Source: Nitrospinota bacterium | Lineage (GTDB): Bacteria > UBA8248 | NCBI GenBank assembly: GCA_046581755.1 | Contig: JAYGFR010000314.1 | Span: 1 to 15,567, forward strand | Direction: 5' to 3' | Length of the DNA stretch: 15,567 nucleotides | Shown: piece by piece, positions 7,661-15,340 of the stretch | Layout: the number at the start of each line of letters is the position of its first letter | Numbering within the stretch: position 1 is the stretch's first letter | The notes under the pieces: model-generated | The model's database searches: none | Told to the model about the DNA's origin: nothing | The model's input: only the letters and a program-made list of their open reading frames with translations | Position numbers and translations under genes: made by a program

Positions 7661-8689
7661 ATGCCTTTGATAGAGTTCATTAGAAGCCGGCTGGGATGGG
7701 TTGTATTTTCGGTGATATTTGCATTCGGGATTGTATGGATGCCGTTGGCGGCCGATGCGGCTCCGGATCCAAAGCTCGTGGTGGGCCCCAAAGACTGCGG
7801 CGAATGCCATAAGGCGGTCGCGGAGTCGTGGGGAAAGACGAAACATTATTCGGGTTTCCGGAAGCTGACCCAAAGAAAAGAAGCGAGAAGAATCGCCAAG
7901 AGAATGAAAATCCGGAGAATTAAGCGGGCAAGTCTTTGTATGAACTGCCACTTCACCTCCAAGATGAAGGGCAAAAGGGCCCGTCCCATCGCTGGTGTAT
8001 CCTGCGAGTCATGCCACTCGCCCGCTAAAAATTGGGTGGATGTTCATCAGAATTTCGGTGGAGCAGAGGCGACGAGTAAAACCGAAGCGGCGGGGCACCG
8101 CAAGGAGCGGCTGGCGAAGTTGAAGGCGGCGGGGATGATTCGGCCGAGCAATATTTACGCCCTGGCGTCCAATTGTTTTCAGTGCCACACCGTACCGTTC
8201 GAGAAGTTGGTCAACGTGGGAAAACATACGCCTGGCAGTAAATTTGAACTGGTCGCGTGGTCTCAGGGCGAGGTTCGCCACAACTACGTCGCATCGGGGG
8301 AAAAGAGCAATGACGAGGCTTCTCCCGAGAGAAAGCGCGTGCTCTTCCTGGTCGGCAAGGCGGTGGAGCTGGAATACAACCTGAGGGGCGTAGCCAAATC
8401 GACCAAGAAGGCGACCTACGCCGTCCAAATGGCGAGGCGGGCCAAATCCGCGATGGAGACGTTCAAGAAAGTGGCCGAATTGGTGCCCACTCCCGAGGTG
8501 AAGGAAATTCTCGATGTGGCGGCGGGCGTCAAGCTGAAACTGAACAACGGAAAGGCGCTGGTGGCGGCCGCGGATAAAATTTCAAAAGCGGCGCAAAAGC
8601 TGGCATCAGGTTACGATGGAAGCAAATGGGCGGCCTTGGATGCGTTGATTCCCAAGCCGAATCAATATCAGGGAAAGCCCGCGAAATAA
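7661..8689 (+). CDS. Periplasmic tetraheme cytochrome c (c554-type) with helical C-terminal domain, 342 aa
   Basis: Four CxxCH motifs (CGECH, CMNCH, CESCH, CFQCH), a signal peptide ending AADA, and the VGPKDCGECH...WGKTKH and GVSCESCH patterns typical of the c554 family. Confidence 0.92.
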   Translation: MPLIEFIRSRLGWVVFSVIFAFGIVWMPLAADAAPDPKLVVGPKDCGECHKAVAESWGKTKHYSGFRKLTQRKEARRIAKRMKIRRIKRASLCMNCHFTSKMKGKRARPIAGVSCESCHSPAKNWVDVHQNFGGAEATSKTEAAGHRKERLAKLKAAGMIRPSNIYALASNCFQCHTVPFEKLVNVGKHTPGSKFELVAWSQGEVRHNYVASGEKSNDEASPERKRVLFLVGKAVELEYNLRGVAKSTKKATYAVQMARRAKSAMETFKKVAELVPTPEVKEILDVAAGVKLKLNNGKALVAAADKISKAAQKLASGYDGSKWAALDALIPKPNQYQGKPAK

Positions 8690-8723
8690 GCTGGCCAATT
8701 CCCATTGTAGAAAACAGGGGCCA

Positions 8724-10442
8724 ATGGCACAGACTCCCGTAGCCATTCAGAGGCCGCAACGGTGGGACGAGCCGTTCGGTCTCGACATGACCGATGCGGA
8801 CGTGGATTGGGTGTTGACCAAACCGCCATTCGATGAGATAGATGCGTCCAATTTTCCCTCAAAAACATCTCTTCGCGACATCATTAAGAACGACACCCGT
8901 ATCATGCGCTACTCCGACGGGGAAATCGTTGTGCGCGAAGGGGATTACGGAAACTCCGCATTCCTGATTTTCGAGGGGACGGTTTTTGTCGTCCTCGATG
9001 GAATGGATACCGAAACCCTCGGCCGCCAGAGGTCCGAGCAAAAGAGTTTTTTCCAGTCATTCAGGCAGCTTTGGTCGAATTCGTCCCTGGCCGAAATCCG
9101 CGACGTAATGAGTTCGCGGAAATCCGCGGGGACGAATATCCGCGGGGAGGGGGCGAATACGCGGGTATTCCTTCAGGATGTGCCCGTTCTGATGGAGAAG
9201 CATCAAACGGTTTCCCTCGAAGAGGGAACCATGTTCGGCGAAATCGCCGCTCTGGGCCGGACCCCGAGGACGGCCACGGTGGTCGCCCAGGGGGACTGCG
9301 TTCTTCTGGAGATCCGTTGGCAGGGCCTCCGCGACATTCGCCGCCGGGACGAGGAGTTTCGAAATTACGTCGATCGCCTCTACCGGGAGCGGAGCCTGAT
9401 GGTGCAGCTGATGGCGACCCCTGCCTTCAGCAACCTCAGCGAGGAAGAAATTAAAATCGTCGCCGATAACACCCTGTTCGAGACCTATGGAGAATTCGAC
9501 TGGCATTCCACCTACAAGGAGATGGCGAAAAAATCCCTCGCCGATCGGTTCGAATTCGAACCCCTGATCGCCGAGGAGGGAAATTACGCCGACGGGCTCA
9601 TCATGATCCGGGCGGGATTCGCCCACGTGACCGAGCGGGTCGATTTTAGCCAAAGGACCATCAGTTATATCGGGCGGGGAGGGGTGTTCGGGTTCGATGA
9701 AATCGCGCACAACTTCCGTTTCGAGGACAAGGTTCCCCTTCAGAGCAGCCTGCGGGCGCTGGGGTATATCGATATATTGCGCGTTCCGACCGCCATCATC
9801 GAAAAATACGTTTTGCCAAACTATCCCGAGTCCATGTATCCCTCCCGGATCGTCCCCCGCGGGACCGAACAATCGGCCTGGAAGGGCGACACCTCGGGCC
9901 AGGAAATCACCACCGGGTTCATGGAATTTCTTGTCGATAACCGCTATATCAACGGCACGGCAACGATGATCATCGACATGGAACGCTGCACGCGGTGCGA
10001 CGATTGCGTCCGGGCCTGCGCGGCCGCGCACGACAACAACCCGCGGTTCATCCGCCACGGGAAGCGTTTTCAGAATTTCATCGTCGCCAATGCGTGTATG
10101 CATTGCGTGGATCCGGTTTGCATGATTGGTTGCCCCACCGGAGCGATTCACCGGGAATCTCATAAGGGCCAGGTCGTGATCAACGATGCCACGTGCATCG
10201 GATGTGCCACCTGCGCCAACAGTTGCCCCTACGACAACATTCGCATGACCACCATCCGGGACAACAACGGGGCCTTTATCTTGGCTCAAGGCACGCACGT
10301 TCCCGTGGCGAAGGCCACCAAATGCGACCTTTGCGTGGATCAGTTGGGCGGTCCCGCCTGTGAGCGCGCCTGCCCGCACGATGCCTTAAAGCGGGTGGAT
10401 ATGAGGGATACGGATAAACTGGTGAAGTGGGTCAACCGGTGA
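8724..10442 (+). CDS. Tandem cyclic-nucleotide-binding domains fused to an NrfC/DmsB-like 4x[4Fe-4S] ferredoxin, 572 aa
   Basis: cNMP domain 1 has GEIVVREGDYGNSAFLIFEGTV and FGEIAALGRTPRTATV. Domain 2 is degenerate (IAEEGNYADGLIMIRAG...FGFDEI). There are 16 Cys in CTRCDDCVRAC, CMHCVDPVCMIGCP, CIGCATCANSCP and KCDLC...PACERACP. No export signal is present. Confidence 0.93.
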   Translation: MAQTPVAIQRPQRWDEPFGLDMTDADVDWVLTKPPFDEIDASNFPSKTSLRDIIKNDTRIMRYSDGEIVVREGDYGNSAFLIFEGTVFVVLDGMDTETLGRQRSEQKSFFQSFRQLWSNSSLAEIRDVMSSRKSAGTNIRGEGANTRVFLQDVPVLMEKHQTVSLEEGTMFGEIAALGRTPRTATVVAQGDCVLLEIRWQGLRDIRRRDEEFRNYVDRLYRERSLMVQLMATPAFSNLSEEEIKIVADNTLFETYGEFDWHSTYKEMAKKSLADRFEFEPLIAEEGNYADGLIMIRAGFAHVTERVDFSQRTISYIGRGGVFGFDEIAHNFRFEDKVPLQSSLRALGYIDILRVPTAIIEKYVLPNYPESMYPSRIVPRGTEQSAWKGDTSGQEITTGFMEFLVDNRYINGTATMIIDMERCTRCDDCVRACAAAHDNNPRFIRHGKRFQNFIVANACMHCVDPVCMIGCPTGAIHRESHKGQVVINDATCIGCATCANSCPYDNIRMTTIRDNNGAFILAQGTHVPVAKATKCDLCVDQLGGPACERACPHDALKRVDMRDTDKLVKWVNR

Positions 10443-11308
10443 TTTCATTTGCCGCCCGGCGCCTGTTCAACCTTTGGGCCCTTGTCATTGCCTCGGTTGT
10501 CGCCTTGTTTGTATTTCAGGCCTATTCCGTCACCTTGTCCCGCTCGCAGTACCTGAGCGGGGGGTTCCTCCTGGCGGCGGTGGTTTTTTTGGCCGCCTAT
10601 AATGTGCGGAAAAAATTGCCCTTCCTGCCTCTAGGCTCGTCTGCCGCCTGGCTGCAATTTCATATTTATGTCGGTTGGTTCACGTTTTTCCTGTTCATGA
10701 TCCATGTCGAATTCCGCGTGCCGAACGGTTTTCTAGAATCCTTGCTTGCACTTTTGTATCTGGCGGCAGCCCTGAGCGGCGTGCTGGGCTTGTGGATATC
10801 GAAGAGATATCCTCCACGAATCGCCCGGCATAACCAGGCGCACCTGGGGAGCACGGAAAGCGAAAGCAGAAAATTCGGCGAAGAGCTGATATTCGAGAGG
10901 ATTCCCGTTTATATTCGCCAAGTTCGAGAAAAAGCCGAAGAGTTGATTGTCCGCTCAGTAGAAGAGTCGAAATCCTCCAGCCTCGCGGATTTTTATTCCG
11001 ACCGGCTCCACGTTTATTTTTCGGGGCCACGGAATTTCTGGCTTCATAATATGGAATCCAGCCGTCCGCTCGATTCCTTGATTTGGGAAGTTGGCGTTCT
11101 CCTCCGCTATCTGAGCGAAAAAGAACAGGCGATCCTCGTCGAGTTGTCCGAACTGATCCGGATCAAAGATCAGATAGATTACCGCTACGCCTTGCAGGCG
11201 ATGCTCAAGTGGTGGCTGTTTTGCCATGTGCCTTTGACCTATTGCCTGTTGATCCTGACGGCCGCTCATGTGGTGGTCGTTTACGCTTTTTCGGTTGGTG
11301 CCCAATGA
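10439..11308 (+). CDS. Integral membrane protein, probable di-heme b cytochrome (ferric-reductase/cytochrome b-like), 289 aa
   Basis: About five hydrophobic helices. Two of them each carry H-x13-H (WLQFHIYVGWFTFFLFMIH and WLFCHVPLTYCLLILTAAH). The GTG start at 10439 overlaps the upstream TGA (GTGA). Confidence 0.75.
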   Translation: MISFAARRLFNLWALVIASVVALFVFQAYSVTLSRSQYLSGGFLLAAVVFLAAYNVRKKLPFLPLGSSAAWLQFHIYVGWFTFFLFMIHVEFRVPNGFLESLLALLYLAAALSGVLGLWISKRYPPRIARHNQAHLGSTESESRKFGEELIFERIPVYIRQVREKAEELIVRSVEESKSSSLADFYSDRLHVYFSGPRNFWLHNMESSRPLDSLIWEVGVLLRYLSEKEQAILVELSELIRIKDQIDYRYALQAMLKWWLFCHVPLTYCLLILTAAHVVVVYAFSVGAQ

Positions 11309-13431
11309 TTTTCCGGCTTCAACATTACGGTTTTGATCAGTCCAAATACGATCGGCCCAACCAGAAGTGGGTCTGCGGTTGGGCCCGCGATGGAAAATCT
11401 TGTCATGTCGGGCCGGACGGCAAGGGGAATTGCATCGCGGCCCATGAATGCATTCCGATCAGGAATCGGGACCGATGGGCATGTTCGCGGGCGAAGGAAT
11501 TCGGCGGAAGGTGTTTGGCCGGCCCCCTTCCGGATGGGACCTGCTGTAATGCCATCCCGCGGTGTCAGCCGGTTTTGAGCATCAGGGCCAAACGGGGCGC
11601 TGTCGCCAAGTGGGCCTCTTTTTTCGTGCTCGGGCTCGTCCTGATGTTCAGCGCGGGACCTTCGGGACCGAATTTCATCTCACCCGGCGGGCTGACATCG
11701 CATCACCAGACGACCGCTCAATCCTGCGGGAATTGCCACTCGGACTTCAAGGGTGGCCCGGTGAAATGGATGCGGGCGGCTTTCGTATCCACGCGGTCGC
11801 CACAAGGGGAGAGCCGCCTTTGTCTTTCCTGCCATATTTTAGGCGGCAGCAGCGGAATGCCTCACAGCTTTTCCGAAAAAAAATTGATCCAAATTAGTCA
11901 AAGCATCAAGGCAAAGGGGATGGTTGATTCGGCTTCGGTGGAAATGGACTTGGCCGATATGCTGAGCCTGAACGGCGAACGCAAGCCGGGAAAGTTTGTC
12001 GCCTGCGCCACATGTCATCAGGAGCACCGCGGAAGAAATGCCAACCTCGCGGCCATGAACAACCTGCGCTGCCAGTCTTGTCATGTGGTCCGGTTTACCA
12101 GCTTCGAGAGGGACCACCCGGAGTTTTCGAATTTTCCCTATGACCGGAGAACCCGGCTGGTTTTTGACCATTCCCGTCATCTGAACAAGCATTTTGCGGG
12201 AAAGATGAAGGAGCGCGCTCCCAAATCGTGCAAAAGTTGCCATCTTCCGGACGCGAGCGGCACCTTGATGACGGTCCGTCCGTTCAAGGTAGCCTGCGCC
12301 GCCTGCCACGAGGGACAAATTCTCGGAGAGGGCAGCGCCGGATCGAAAGGAATTCCTTTTATCGCCCTGCCGGGGCTCGACGCCGAAAGCCTCCAGGAGG
12401 CGAAAATCGATATCGGCCATTGGCCACAAGACGCCGAAGAAGAGGGACTGCCCCCCTTTATGCGCTTCCTTCTCTCCGGGGATCCGAAATTTCGAAAGGC
12501 GGCGGCCTCCCTCAAGGGCGCCGATCTGCTCGATCTCTCCAAGGCCAATGCGGCCGTTAAATCCGCCGCTGGGGAGTTCGCATGGGCCATCAAGAGACTT
12601 GTTTTCGACCTGGCGGTCAACGGCCAGAAAACCCTTAAATCCCGGCTGGAGAATATCCTGAGGCGCCGGCTGAGCGCGGCCGAGTTTTCCCGCCTCAGCG
12701 GTCAAATTCCCGCCGGGGTCCTCCGTTCAAGCCAAAAGAAATGGTTCCCTCGTCTTTCCTCCGAGATCTCTTTGCGGAAGAAGGGGAAGAAACCCGGGAG
12801 CAAAAAAAAGGACCCCGAGGAAAAGGAATCTGAATCCAAGGACGAGGAACCGGAGGAGCTTCCGTCCGCCGAGGATATCAGCGTCGCCGGCGGATGGTAT
12901 GTGCAGGACTTCTCGGTGTACTACCGGCCTTCGGGGCACGAGGACCGCTTCCTCAAGGATTGGATGGACCTGGTCGCCGGCGGCGATGGCTCCAAGGAGG
13001 CCATGAAGGGCATGTTCGCCGCTTTATCGGATCCGAAAGCCACCGGATACTGCGCGAAATGCCACAGTATCGACCGGGTGAGCGGAAAGGCCCGGCGGGT
13101 GAACTGGAGGGCGAGAAGATCCGCCTCGGACGTCAAGAAATTCATCCGCTATCAACATACTCCCCATTTCAGTCTTTTGGATGAAAAAGGGTGCCTTACC
13201 TGCCACCGCCTGAACGCAAATGCGGACTATCTCAAGGGATTCAAGGATGATAATCCGGCCACCTTTACCAGTAACTTCCGGCCGATTGCCAAAAAAGTTT
13301 GTGCCTCCTGTCATACAAGAGTCGGGGCCTCGAATTCTTGCTTGACTTGCCACAACTACCATGTCGGCAAGGTGGTTCCCGCACGTACAAGCGCGCGGAT
13401 GCGAATGCCGGAAAATTTCAATAATCCATGA
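11305..13431 (+). CDS. Membrane-anchored decaheme cytochrome c (c3/c7-like His patterns) with Cys-rich N-terminal domain, 708 aa
   Basis: The ATG at 11305 overlaps the upstream TGA (ATGA). There are ten CxxCH motifs: CGNCH, CLSCH, CATCH, CQSCH, CKSCH, CAACH, CAKCH, CLTCH, CASCH, CLTCH. FDHSRH and YQHTPH are distal-His motifs. A single TM helix follows RAKR. Confidence 0.92.
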   Translation: MIFRLQHYGFDQSKYDRPNQKWVCGWARDGKSCHVGPDGKGNCIAAHECIPIRNRDRWACSRAKEFGGRCLAGPLPDGTCCNAIPRCQPVLSIRAKRGAVAKWASFFVLGLVLMFSAGPSGPNFISPGGLTSHHQTTAQSCGNCHSDFKGGPVKWMRAAFVSTRSPQGESRLCLSCHILGGSSGMPHSFSEKKLIQISQSIKAKGMVDSASVEMDLADMLSLNGERKPGKFVACATCHQEHRGRNANLAAMNNLRCQSCHVVRFTSFERDHPEFSNFPYDRRTRLVFDHSRHLNKHFAGKMKERAPKSCKSCHLPDASGTLMTVRPFKVACAACHEGQILGEGSAGSKGIPFIALPGLDAESLQEAKIDIGHWPQDAEEEGLPPFMRFLLSGDPKFRKAAASLKGADLLDLSKANAAVKSAAGEFAWAIKRLVFDLAVNGQKTLKSRLENILRRRLSAAEFSRLSGQIPAGVLRSSQKKWFPRLSSEISLRKKGKKPGSKKKDPEEKESESKDEEPEELPSAEDISVAGGWYVQDFSVYYRPSGHEDRFLKDWMDLVAGGDGSKEAMKGMFAALSDPKATGYCAKCHSIDRVSGKARRVNWRARRSASDVKKFIRYQHTPHFSLLDEKGCLTCHRLNANADYLKGFKDDNPATFTSNFRPIAKKVCASCHTRVGASNSCLTCHNYHVGKVVPARTSARMRMPENFNNP

Positions 13432-13517
13432 CTGTATGTTCCGATAATTGGGCCTTTGGGAGTCTTTGCGAAAGTTTCAGCCGATAACCTATGAATGACC
13501 ACCATGAGGGAAATCCG

Positions 13518-14870
13518 ATGCCAACAGAAGCCGGAACGGAAGTTGAAAAGTTCATGAGCGGCCTGATCAAGCGGAATCCGGGTGAACCGGAATTTCACCA
13601 AGCCGTTCAGGAAGTGGCCACCACGATTATCCCGTTTACCCGGGACCATCCCGAGTACCGGAAAGCGCAGGTTTTAGAGCGCATGACCGAGCCCGATCGG
13701 GTCATCATCTTTCGCGTCACCTGGGTGGATGACGAGGGGAATTTCCGGGTCAACCGCGCCTGGCGGGTCCAGTTCAACAACTCGATCGGACCCTACAAGG
13801 GCGGCATGCGCTTCCATCCGTCGGTGACGCTCAGCGTTCTCAAATTCCTGGGTTTCGAGCAGGTTCTGAAAAACAGCCTGACGACGCTTCCGATGGGGGG
13901 CGGCAAGGGCGGCTCGAACTTTAATCCCAAAGGAAAGAGCGACATGGAAGTGATGCGCTTTTGCCAGTCGTTGATGGTCGAGTTGTTCCGCCATATCGGC
14001 GAGAATACGGACGTTCCGGCGGGCGATATCGGCGTTGGGGCCCGGGAGATCAGCTACATGTTTGGCCAATACAAGCGGCTATCCAACCAGTTCACTGGAA
14101 TCCTGACGGGCAAGGGCCTAGCCTTCGGCGGCAGTCTCGTGCGCACGGAGGCCACTGGCTTCGGGTGCGTTTACTTCATGCAGAACATGCTGGCCGCCAA
14201 GGGGGACAGCCTCGAAGGCAAAAGCGCCGTTGTCTCCGGGTCGGGAAACGTCGCTCTATACACCATCGATAAACTCACCCAGCTAGGCGCCAAGGCAGTG
14301 ACCGCCTCCGATTCGGGCGGGTTCATTTACGATCCCGATGGCATCAGGGACGAGAAGCTCGAATGGCTGAAGGAATTGAAAGAGGTCCGCCGCGGGCGGA
14401 TTTCTGATTATGCCGAAAAATTCGGTTGCGAGTATCACGAGGGCGAGCGGCCCTGGAACGTCAAGTGCAACCTGGCGTTTCCCTGCGCCACCCAGAACGA
14501 AATTACCAGGGATCAGGCCAAGGCGCTGATCGACAACGGTGTCATGGGCGTTGCCGAGGGGGCGAACATGCCGACGGAGCTGGATGGCGTCCACCATTTC
14601 ACGAACGCGAAGATCATTTACGGACCGAGCAAGGCCTCGAATGCCGGCGGCGTTGCAGTGTCGGGTCTCGAGCAGAGCCAAAACTCCTTGCGCATTTCTT
14701 GGTCGCGCGAGGAGGTCGATGGCCGCCTTCAGACCATCATGAAAGAAATTCACGATAAATGTGCGCAGTACGGCGACGAGGGCGGCGGGTATATCGATTA
14801 CGTCAAGGGCGCCAATATCGCGGGATTCGTCAAGGTGGCGGACGCCATGGTGGCCTACGGCGCCGTCTAG
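13518..14870 (+). CDS. gdhA: Glutamate dehydrogenase, NADP-specific GdhA type, 450 aa
   Basis: Motifs EFHQAVQEV, GPYKGGMRFHP, MGGGKGGSNF, DVPAGDIGVG, RTEATG, GSGNVA, PCATQNE, EGANMP and GANIAGFVKVADAM. The ATG at 13518 follows GAGGG. Confidence 0.97.
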   Translation: MPTEAGTEVEKFMSGLIKRNPGEPEFHQAVQEVATTIIPFTRDHPEYRKAQVLERMTEPDRVIIFRVTWVDDEGNFRVNRAWRVQFNNSIGPYKGGMRFHPSVTLSVLKFLGFEQVLKNSLTTLPMGGGKGGSNFNPKGKSDMEVMRFCQSLMVELFRHIGENTDVPAGDIGVGAREISYMFGQYKRLSNQFTGILTGKGLAFGGSLVRTEATGFGCVYFMQNMLAAKGDSLEGKSAVVSGSGNVALYTIDKLTQLGAKAVTASDSGGFIYDPDGIRDEKLEWLKELKEVRRGRISDYAEKFGCEYHEGERPWNVKCNLAFPCATQNEITRDQAKALIDNGVMGVAEGANMPTELDGVHHFTNAKIIYGPSKASNAGGVAVSGLEQSQNSLRISWSREEVDGRLQTIMKEIHDKCAQYGDEGGGYIDYVKGANIAGFVKVADAMVAYGAV

Positions 14871-15074
14871 GGCGGGGCAGGAGTTCCCCCGTCGGAAAAT
14901 CCCGGGAGATATCCGGTGGAAGGAGCGCGGATGGCGGTGCCCGCTCCTGCCTTCGTCTTTCCGGGACCCAAAGGCGGCCCATTCTTCGGTTGGGCCGGTT
15001 TCACGGAAGCCCGCCCCGCCGGAAATGTGTTAATGGCGGGAGCACGCATCCGGGAAATCGGCGCACTCGGAATT

Positions 15075-15100
15075 TCGGGAATTCCCCCCGATCTTTTTTC
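15075..15100 (+). terminator. Possible intrinsic terminator downstream of gdhA
   Basis: TCGGG-AATTCC-CCCGA stem-loop followed by TCTTTTTTC. The stem is short. Confidence 0.3.
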
Positions 15101-15340
15101 TACGATTCTTTTCCTTCCTCGCGGAGCCATCGTTCCGGGTTTCTGCCGGCGGGCCGAACGGGCGATTTTCGAGGCCGTCCGCCGCTCTTAATCTGTTTTC
15201 CGAACCGCTTTCCGGCATTCGTCCGATTTCCGTTGGCGCCGGTGGGTTGCCCGTGCGGGGGGGGGCAGGCCAGGAAAGGGGGAGTTCTTGATGCGAAAAA
15301 TACCCAGGCAGAGGCGGGCGGGCAGCCGAGCGGCGATGCC

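Noticed and set aside
9057..10379. Long antisense ORFs (440 aa here; also 5861-6778, 6779-7621, 11839-12705, 3477-4157)
   Set aside because: These are shadows of well-supported plus-strand genes in GC-rich DNA and have no motifs.
8724..10442. CRP/FNR transcription factor
   Set aside because: No C-terminal HTH; the C-terminus is a ferredoxin.
11083..11304. N-terminal extension of the 782-aa ORF
   Set aside because: It overlaps the membrane protein gene. The ATGA-coupled start at 11305 is more credible.
4739..13431. Canonical MtrAB/PioAB/MtoAB
   Set aside because: The barrel is much shorter than MtrB. The decaheme is inner-membrane anchored, about 700 aa, split 6+4 and not adjacent to the barrel gene.
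14759..15340. N-terminal part of the 257-aa ORF 14759..15532
   Set aside because: It overlaps gdhA and reads as Arg/Gly/Pro-rich non-coding translation. Only the part from about 15341 is MFS-like.
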